Assembly (NCBI GenBank): GCA_016748015.1
Contig: JAAOMT010000703.1
Span: 372,001-436,000, forward strand
Reading direction: 5' to 3'
DNA length: 64,000 nucleotides
From: Geosiphon pyriformis uo1
Taxonomy: Eukaryota > Fungi > Glomeromycota
Shown here: piece after piece, positions 54,185 through 64,000 of the stretch
How positions within the stretch are numbered: the stretch's first letter is position 1
Layout of the letters: every line of letters begins with the position of its first letter
Made by a program: the position numbers and the translations under genes
Notes under the pieces: generated by a model
Told to the model about the DNA's origin: nothing
Databases searched by the model: none
Seen by the model: only the letters and a program-made list of their open reading frames with translations

Positions 54185-55152
54185 ATGTCCTTTCGAATAA
54201 CAAATACAGCAACCACATATACAAGTTTTCATAAATTTTTTCAAAACACAAAGAGCATGTGCCGACCTACAAATTTCGGCATTTCGTTCTTTCAACCATT
54301 GGAGCAGCAACAACAGCCAGAGATATGTATTTTCAAGAGAGGAGTGAAAAAGCCAAAGATTGAAGTAAAATTGTTACAGCCAGTTCAGAATCTTGGAAGA
54401 GCAGGTGATTCGTGCTTGTTTTTCATTTAAGTCTAGCACGATATCCTTTTTTAGCAGTGTTTATCTTAATTATTACTTTTTTATGGAGTTTAGGCGATAC
54501 AGTTTCGGTCATGAGAGGTTTATAAAATTATTTAAATTTGATATTTTATTTATCGCAAAAAGGTTCGTTCAATTAATTGGTCTAAATCTCATTTTTTTAT
54601 TCATACAGGTTATATGAGATATGAATTATATCCTAGACAATTAGCAGAATATATTTATCGGGTAGAGCCCAAAAAAAGGAATCTTGTGACAGGGGTTGAA
54701 TTGGAATGGGGAAAAGACATTGTAGGCCAAAGTTGCTTTTATCAATCTTTAATTCAAATGCACTTCATGAGATTCACTCAAATTTTGAATTTCTTTATCA
54801 TTATAAAACTTAGATGACATTACCGGGAATCAAACCAACAGAGATTAATTTCAAATTCCTACATCAAATTCAAGTCAACATGGCGATCGTGCAACATATT
54901 ACAAAGTTGACTTTTACTCGGGCAGTTTCACTTGATCCAAAATCATCATCGCAAATTGTTCCCACTGTAAGAATAGAACACATCATGCAAAGGCTGGAGA
55001 CTTATGGGGCAACATTAGAAAAATATAATCTTATGTTTCCACAATATCTTGGCAATGAGGTAAGAACATTTGGGGAACATCGATGCCTGATGTTGTTTCC
55101 AGAAATCAGGCAAAAGATTTGGCTCATGCTTAACGTCAGCAGGGGAACATAG
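54185..55152 (+). CDS. Mitochondrial ribosomal protein bL9m-like, 4 exons (54185-54404, 54494-54517, 54609-54721, 54814-55152), 231 aa
   Basis: GT-AG splicing yields IEVKLLQPVQNLGRAG-DTVSVMRG-YMRYELYPRQLAEY, matching the L9 N-terminal motif. The N-terminus is S/T/R/K-rich and acid-free, like a presequence. Exon lengths sum to 696 nt. Confidence 0.85.
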
Positions 55153-56975
55153 AAAATTGAAATTCGAGTTTCTTGGAAATCTAACTAATAAATTTCATGA
55201 ATGACGAATACTGTATTGTGAATGCGGTATCCAGAACCTTTTTTCAATTTTAATTAATACCTTATCACAGTCACATTTTTGAATGGCAAAAAATAAGTTG
55301 TGAAACTCACTCATACCTTAATAATAACTTAGTGACAAAAATGGTATACCAAAGGCGTGTATCCAAAAGATAATCCAAATTAAATTTCAAGTCATATCGA
55401 AAATTTGATTAAATTTTCCGTGATATTAGGAACATTTTTTGATAAGTAGGACGTTTTATAAGATGTCAGGATTTCTGGATCGTTTTTGTAGTACCATTGG
55501 TTGCAAATTCCGAAATGAAATACATGAAGGGGTTGTCCATTTTTTGACGCACAGGTTTATTTGATATTTGATAAAAATTTCCAAAAATTATAATTAAGAA
55601 ATAATGAGCAGAAGAGGTGAAATGATCATCATCCTAAAGAGCCCTCTTGGATAATAATAATTATTAATATGTGAGCTTGGTTTCATGTTTTCCGCATCAT
55701 TTTGGAAGGGCCACCAAAATACGACGTGCGTCTGTCTGACTGCAGGATGTACGAGAGAATAGGAGAAAAAAGGATTTTTAAGTAAGGGGAACAAGTCAAT
55801 TTCGGTGAGTGATAAATGTGATAGTAATTTAGAGCAATAATGAAATTGGGAAAAGTGAAATAAAACTTTCGATTAGAAGCTTGGAAAATTTAGAAAGCCT
55901 CGTAAAATAATATTAAAACGACAACAAAAACAACACCAACAACAACAAAACAACAACAACAATAATAATAATAATAATAATAATAATAGAAGGAAATAGT
56001 TCAAAAATTAAAAAACATAATATCGTTATCGGTGGGGGTAGATGTTGAAAAAATATCAAAGTTATCCAAACGGTGAAAGAGTGAGGATTAAAAATTGAGA
56101 ATTATCAATTATTGTTACCTCTAACTGCCTCCCTGAATTTCAACAACAGCAGTAGCGGCCAAGTAAACAGGCTTGATTTATATGTAAACCGATGATGGGC
56201 TTGGGGGCGTTATTCTTCTTTGTTTTTTTTTTTTTGAAATACGTTTTTTAGTGATATTATGTTGATTATCAAATTTTTACCCATGCGAATCACTAAATAA
56301 TTAATTAATGGTAAGTTCATCAGGCGTAAAAAGATAAGAATGATGATTTATACAGTAATATCAGCAAAGCAAGCAGCCCCTATTTTCTAATGCGGCACAA
56401 AATTTTTTAGAGTACTTATTTACTCTGGATAAAATGGCTTTTTTTAGCGTGTGAATATAGTAAGTAAGTAAGTAAGTAGGTGGGAGGCAATTTTTGAAGT
56501 ATCTTTTAATGGTAAACGTACACGTGGTTTTGCTCAAATGATTCCAAACATATGGCTGATTTCCGAATTTCTATCAAGCTTTTTTTTTTTTCAGAATTCT
56601 TTTTCATTTTTAAAATGAAAAACGATCTTTCTTAGATTGGGTAATGATGTCGATTAATAAAAAATTTGTTTATCTTCATATGGTCATAACTTTTTTTATC
56701 GGTAGTAATGTTCAAGAAACTTTGTCGACAATGGACAATCTTGCATGCTTGTCTTTTCCTATTCCTTCTACCCCTACTTCACTTTTTCATATGCATTATA
56801 AAGAATTATCGATTGAAAATCACGTATTTTTTGTAAGATCACGCAAAAATGCAGACTAATATTAGGAATGTGAACACACTTATATCAAGGGTAATAAGTT
56901 ATCATCATAGAAACAAAAAAAACTGCTAACCCTTAAATTATAGTATTACCAATTAATCAAATGATATATATCTTT

Positions 56976-57014
<39 letters not shown>

Positions 57015-58283
57015 TTACAAAGCAGTTTTATTTTTAATTTTTTTTTGCTTTGTGATAAAGTTTTTTTTTTATTTTATTTTATTTCGATTTGGATCAAATA
57101 AATTTTTTTTTTTTTTTAATTATTGATGAATCGTGAATATCAACTAACACACACCCAATTTAATGATTTTTATCATCATCAATGGGGCAAATGATAATTT
57201 TTGGGAAAGGGAGAGCCTGTTGTATCATGGATAATTCTAGAACACAAAAACATATATCCTTTTTTAAACTTTAAAAAGATTCATTGTTTCTTTTATTTGC
57301 TCGTGGATCAATGGTACCCCTAGCATGCAGGTAATAGATTTAAGTTTTTTTTTTTTTTTTAACCAGTTAAAGAAAATATATATATATATATATTGTACTC
57401 AATTGGACGGTCTGAAAGTGATATTGAATTATTGGTTGTTATTTGTTTTTCATTTTTATCATAGAAAATGAAAAACAAAAAAGAAAAATTTACATTTGGG
57501 ATTTTTAAAATGGTTCATTCAATCGTATCAAAATAAGGAACAGTCATCTTTTTTTTTTTTTTTATATGAATCGATTTACTTACTTACTTACTTACTAACT
57601 TACTTGATTACTTGCTTGCTTACTTTATTTAAAAAAATAAAAAGGAAATTATTTCAACGTGTTAAAAATACCCAATAAATTCACGGGGAGGGGGGGGGGG
57701 CAACCTAATGAATAAGGAAATATGTAATGTTGATTAGGAAGATGACGCAGACGATTCACAAGTACAAAAAAAACAATTTTAAGCTTCTTAGATTTTTTAC
57801 CCCGTTTATGATACCGAATTAGAAAATTTACCGATTTTTTGTTGGTGTTTATAATAGGCTTTTTCATTTTATAATAAAGCAACAGCAGCAACAGCAGCAG
57901 TGGTAGTGTTTTTTTTTTACGGTTTGCCTATTTTCACAGCTGGCTAAGCCCTAAATGGTAAAACATAATAATGGCAGTGTGGAAAAAAATGTTTCATTTA
58001 CAACTTTTTTATTTTTTCACCCATAAAAAAAAAAAAATTGATTTAACTCAAAGTAACTTAAACGCTTTCATTCTATTTACCATGTGTTTTGTTTGGATAT
58101 GTTTTAAATAGATAGAAATATATTTTGAACATCGACTCACCAAATTTGGTAATGATTCAAAGAAAGAAAAAAGAAAAAAACATTATTACCAGACAACTAG
58201 GAAATATTTAGTACTCATTGAGGCGGTGTCAAAAGAAAAAAACGTGTGTCTATGTGGGAGGGGGGGGGGTCTTGGTTGTGAGA

Positions 58284-58319
<36 letters not shown>

Positions 58320-58987
58320 GAAGTTCCTTCATCATCATCTACTAGGTCCTAATAAAATGTAGATTATAATTCAACATGGATATTATATATATTAGATTAT
58401 TATGTTAGATACTCTATAAATTATTTTTGTCATATTTTGATGCCAAGAAATAGTGCTGTGTAAATTTTGCCATACCAAAGAAATTAAAAGAGTTACATCA
58501 ATCTAAAAATTTGTAGTTTCAATAGAGTCTAGAAAAACGGAAAAATCTTACAAGGTAGGTTTAAACCACCACCACCACCACCACCACAACCACCACCACA
58601 ACCACCACAAAAAAAATAAGCAACTCAACCACATAATAACATACACAAAAAAATACACATACATAATACATACACATACATACCTGAACACAAACCGAGC
58701 GTGCGCGTTTTCAAGAACCTTTTTCTCGCGGGATAAACTTTAAATCAAATTGAATATCCAACAAACTAATTAGGAACTAACTTCTAAAGAAGATTTAAAA
58801 TATGGTAAAAATACAAAGTAGGAAGCGGTGAACGAGGCTGTCTCCGTTCAACACCGAATTTTCTCATCTTCTTTGTCAATAACTGTTCATAAAATTTTAT
58901 CCGCAGGATTGATTGATTGATTGATTGATGATGATTATGATTTTTTTATCATTATTATTTCGCCGGGCTTATAATTTTTATCATCAG

Positions 58988-59018
<31 letters not shown>

Positions 59019-59208
59019 TATATATCGCGAATAATAATATATATGAAGGCTTTCCTTTCACCTTTTCTCCTCCTCTTCTTAAACCTTTCAATTTCTTATT
59101 CTCATACCCAAAGATTTTTTAAAAAAGTTTTGAGAAACCATTTTTTGACGAAAAATAAAAATCACTTTAAATTTTAACGTTTCATAAAAAGATAATAATA
59201 ATTATAAT

Positions 59209-59274
<66 letters not shown>

Positions 59275-60677
59275 AACAATCATTATTATAACAATTTCAA
59301 CGAATTGAAAAACTTTCCGAACTTTTTTATACCTCTCGTGACAAATTCTAACACACTCAGGCTATCAATAGTAATAGTCAAAGAAGTTTTAGCATCATCA
59401 TCATCATCATCATTATCTACTACTGACCGTTATTTCCATCTATCTATCGCTTTTTTTTTTATGAAACAGACAATATTAAAATTAAACCCGAGAATAATCA
59501 TATCTGAAATTATTTTTAATTTTTCATTTTGACCCCTTTCATCATTTACGGATTACCTTATCATCAACAAAAAACAACAACAACAACAACAACAACGACA
59601 TCAACTTCATAGGCTTACCATTGAAATTAAGAGTTTCAAAAAAGTTTGATAGTTCTTTTGAGACCTGATTTAAAAGAAGACTAGCATCAACAACACTACA
59701 TTTACCATTATCACAAATTTAAAATTTTTTTATAATAACTGATAATACAAATTTCTAAACCGAGTTCATGCGCGCCGCTCAATCAATATCACAAATCAAA
59801 CACACCTCAGACATAATATCAATCATTTATTATTAATACTGATAAAAAAACCTCTACACGATACACGACACGCTTCTGACACACGAGAAACACGAGACAC
59901 ACAAAACTTTCACTGAAATCAAACCGTGCCCGGAAAAGAGAAAAGGTAAGATTTGATTTCCGATAATTTGAAAATCTGCATTTAATTATTCTGTACCCTA
60001 TTTTTCTTTTTTATTTAGACTAATGGTAGTTAGTCAATTAGTTAGTCATTTTGAATTGTTTTATATTGTTATTCCTTCTTTTTTTTCTTTTATTATTATT
60101 ATTATTATTATTAAAAATCATTCGTTTTAGTGTCAGATTATTCACCCACCCCATCCCATTCCATCCCATCCCTACACTATCTTCTGCTACCCATATGTTT
60201 TTCACAAGTTTTCTTTTTCATTTTGTTCTTTATTTCTTTCTTTCTCTCTATTCCAAATCTTATTCCTTCCTCAATATTTTTTGATATTATTGATATTATT
60301 ATTACGATATTATTATTATTACAATATTATCAATTGAGACCATATTGATGCGGTCTCACTTTACACAGCAAAAACTTCAAAATACACATTAAACTCCGTG
60401 TGTTCTTGTCCTCCCCCCACTTTCTGATTCTCTTTTTAAATACCCTTCATCTCTTTCCTATTCGCACAATCGCTGCTGCTGCTGCTGCTCTCTAATTCAA
60501 ATCAATTTACCCTTCAACCTATCCTACTTATCATCATCAAAGTTATCCTCAATTACCAACTGCCGTTTACCCTAATCTCAAATTTGGTTTTTGTAATAAT
60601 TGATTTATTGGAAACAAACGTTTTCTAAAAACAACGACTACCCGGCTGGCATTCTGAACAACAAACCAAACAACAAC

Positions 60678-60733
<56 letters not shown>

Positions 60734-61555
60734 GAACTCTTATGAAATATCATAAATAATAATAATAATAATAATAATAATCATCATCATCGTCATTCAA
60801 CATTTTCCCCTTCATACCCCTCTTCTTCCTAAAGTTTCACAAAAAAAACCTATCTTACTGCTTGTGACCACTTGCCGCTGCTGCTGCTGCTTTTGGTGGC
60901 ACTGTTGTTACCCAACCACTACCTCTTATTACCATCAAAACCACCAATATTACGATTAATACTTGAACCCACCCCGTTGTTGTCATCGTCCGCCTTTTCA
61001 CATTCCTAGCGGACGAAAACTCCATTTGTGCTTGTCTTTACTTCTGACGTCACATTCACAACAGTTTCTCGCATAGGAAAAAAAGGACTGTGACCCAACT
61101 TGAATACTACCTACACTGACCCGAAGGGGAGTTTTGCTAGTTAACAAACAAACAACGCGCGTTGACAAGCAACTCACCTTGTGGGTTGGTTCTTCTTGGA
61201 TTATTCACCGTTCGAGTCTTTGCAGCAACTCGTTCCCTCTCTCTCCCTCCCTTCCTCCCTTTCTTTCTTTCATTTTTCCCTCGCTCTTTATCTTTTTATT
61301 CCTGAACAGTAGTTTTTGCTCTGTTTTTCACAAAAATAAAACGAAACTTTACCAACTCTTTTACTTATATTGTTTCTGATTTTTTGAAAAAAAAAAAAAA
61401 CAAATACTCGATACAAGTATTTAAATACATACAGGTAGGCATTTTTCCGGAAAATTTTTTCAAATTTCATTCTTTTATCTCTCTTTCTTTCATTCTTTTC
61501 ACTTCCTACTTTCCTCATCTTTTTTTTACGACCACTTCTCCCACCCACCCACCCT

Positions 61556-61556
<1 letters not shown>

Positions 61557-61612
<56 letters not shown>
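61557..61612. repeat. (CTTT)n microsatellite
   Basis: Directly visible. Confidence 0.95.
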
Positions 61613-61615
<3 letters not shown>

Positions 61616-62012
61616 TTCAAAAAATTTATCTTGTTCTCTTACACCCTACTGTTCTTCTCCATCTCTTTGTTTCTCTGTGTTTGGTCTAATTTCTTCTTTG
61701 CAGTCCAATGAACTTTATGTAAATTTTACTATTACTACAACAATAACAACAACAATAATAACACTACCCAATATCTATTACTACTATTCAATTGTACAGC
61801 CAAAACTTATCTAATGGCAGATACCAGTCTCAACTTTTGGGTATAAAAAACTTTTTCATTATCCAGTTGCTTTATTTTTTTTGTTTCTTTCTGTTTCTAC
61901 ATAACTATTAGGTGCAACGACTTAAACCTGAACGTATTTCAAAAACTCTCATACCAACACACAAACACAGGTCAATCCTTTTCAACTTCTTCGTCTCAGT
62001 GATAAAGACGAG

Positions 62013-64000
62013 ATGCAAAGGTCAGTCGAGTTTGCCAACAAGGAAATATTAGGAGACGACGGTTGCTGTGAGAGCGGTGGTATGTCCATTTTTTTTTTTC
62101 GTAAACAAAAATATATATATCTTGTTATATTTTTCCAAAAAAATCAAATATTATTTGGCCTCATTCTCTTTCTCAAGAGTAAAGTTTTACTTGCTCAGTT
62201 TAAATTTTATTCGAGTTTTCTCTCGACCTCCTAAAGACTTCAACTTTTCTTTTTGAGTCGCAACTCTTTTACCCTACCAACTGCTCCGTCTTGTGCTTTC
62301 AGGTCACTATGCTACAGTATAATCTGTTCTCAAGAAACAGTGTTGTGCATATTTTCTCAGAGCCCCAATGCGCTCTGTAAATTAAGACAATTCAGCTGAA
62401 CAAGGTGGAGCAATGGGGCAATTTGGCTAGAGGTCGTTGGGATTTTCTTTTTCCGTTTTCCCTATGAACGTTTTTCGGGCCTTTTTTTTTTCTGTATATA
62501 TGCCATTTCTACGAATTTTTAATTCTTTTGTTTATCAAACTTTTTACGTCATCGTGTACGTCAAATGTTGATAATTTCCTTTTATTTATCCCGTTATCTT
62601 TCCTTGTCGCTGAACCGTTTTGGTTTTCGACGTAATTTCCTGGAAAAGAATATTTAACTTTTCCCAGAGTAAAGAGACCAAATGTCAAATTTTACAAAAG
62701 AGAAAGCTAAATATTTGAAATAGAAGAAAAAGAAAATTTTCGCTAATTCAATTCTCGTTCATTTAACTCTAGATAAATCCATATATCAGGCATTTTCGCC
62801 TCTAACACCTGGTACCCCAACCAAAACAAAACAAATGTCGACACCAACGCGTAATAACCGCGGTCATCCCTTTAATACCACAACTACCGACAATTTAGCT
62901 TTATCACCAAACTCGCCAAAAGGCGTAAACAATTCCCCCACAAATTACTTAACACCCGAACAAATCGCAGACGCGGCGGCAGTGCTGGCACAACTTGCGA
63001 CAACACCTTCTAAAGACACTTCTATACTTAACATGTTTAATAATACACCACCCACAAAATATCTAGTAGATGAAAAACCATCCAAAAAACATTTAAAAAG
63101 GAGTTTATCCTTTAATCACTCTAGTCGTCCTACATCACCTCGTCAACAAACTTCTTCTTCAAGTGCCTATATTGATGTGACTGAAGTATTAGCTACAACG
63201 GTATCTCTAGTACGAGAAAACAATAGAAAACTTGATAAAATATCTGATGAGGTTAGAAGTGAGGGTAACTATAGTGAGAATGACAATGATTATTGGAGTG
63301 ATGAAGATTCCTGGCAACAAGAGGAGGAGGATGACGATGATGATGAGGGGGAATACGAGCAGGAGGATCAACAAGTATCTGGCTGGAAAAAAGGAGAAAT
63401 TGAAAATGAAATACAATCGCTCAGTGTTCAGCTAGTGAGCATGGAAACCAAATATAAAGAGCAAGTTTATGGTAAGACACTTTTGATCCAAGAACTCGAG
63501 AATGCATTGGAAACAAGCGAAAAAGACAGTCGACGTAAACGTGCAGAGATTGAACGACTCGAGGGCCAATTGGAAGCTTCACGACGTGCTATCGCTGAGC
63601 TAGTTGATCAACAACAACGCGAAAGTGAAATAATGCGTAATCAAACTCTTGCTCTTCAGACAACCGAGACGGTGCGACGATTGGAAGCGGAATTACGTGA
63701 AAAGAATAAAGCCATCTCTGAGCTAAATAAGCGTATCACCGTATCGTCTCGACAGGTGAGTGACTCAAAAGAAAAAGAAAAAAAATTGGAAACTTTAACA
63801 AATCAACTATTGCGATATCAATCACTTGAGATTGAATGGCAAGGTAAACAAGCAACGCTTGATGGACTTTCCTCTCAATTAGAAACACTTCGAGAGCGAG
63901 AAGCTGAGCTTAATGAAAAGGACGCTTTAATTCAATCATTAAATATACGTTTGGACACTTCTCAACAAGTGATTGCTGAACTAAGAGAAAAACACGCGCC
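62013..64000 (+). CDS. Host coiled-coil protein, 5' part (probable exon 62013-62079, then 62773 to beyond window; internal ATG 62835)
   Basis: Open frame from 62775 to the end of the window: S/P/T-rich disordered N-terminus, acidic tract, long E/L/R/Q heptad region. The phase-1 GTATGT..CTCTAG intron joins in frame. CpG retained. Confidence 0.75.

Noticed and set aside
55594-61689. Short ORFs in the host intergenic region, e.g. KKER repeat 61288-61620
   Set aside because: They derive from microsatellites and low-complexity DNA and show no protein-like features.

Overview
AT-rich eukaryotic DNA that reads like a Glomeromycotina fungus. The repeat proteins resemble those I recall from Geosiphon pyriformis; this is inference, not a search result. 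Bases 1-~53,200 are a Russian-doll nest of retroelements: seven Ty3/Gypsy LTR elements (here A-G) stacked inside a decayed LINE (H). Nesting read from the junctions: G in LINE H; F in G integrase; C in F 5' LTR; E in F 3' LTR (TSD ATAG); D (minus strand, gap-riddled, TSD ACAT) and B in C; A in B. Most copies are inactivated mainly by C>T/G>A transitions, and the outer, older elements are the most AT-eroded. The Gypsy elements share an unusual complex layout: a single Gag-PR-Cys-rich-dUTPase-dUTPase-like-RT-RNaseH ORF that may start at GUG, then a stop, a stand-alone integrase ORF, a ~210-aa accessory ORF3 behind its own TATA box, and LTRs with interchangeable family-specific U3 repeat arrays. 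Bases ~54,000-64,000 are host sequence: a four-exon mitochondrial ribosomal bL9m-like gene, microsatellite-rich non-coding DNA, and the 5' part of a coiled-coil protein gene.
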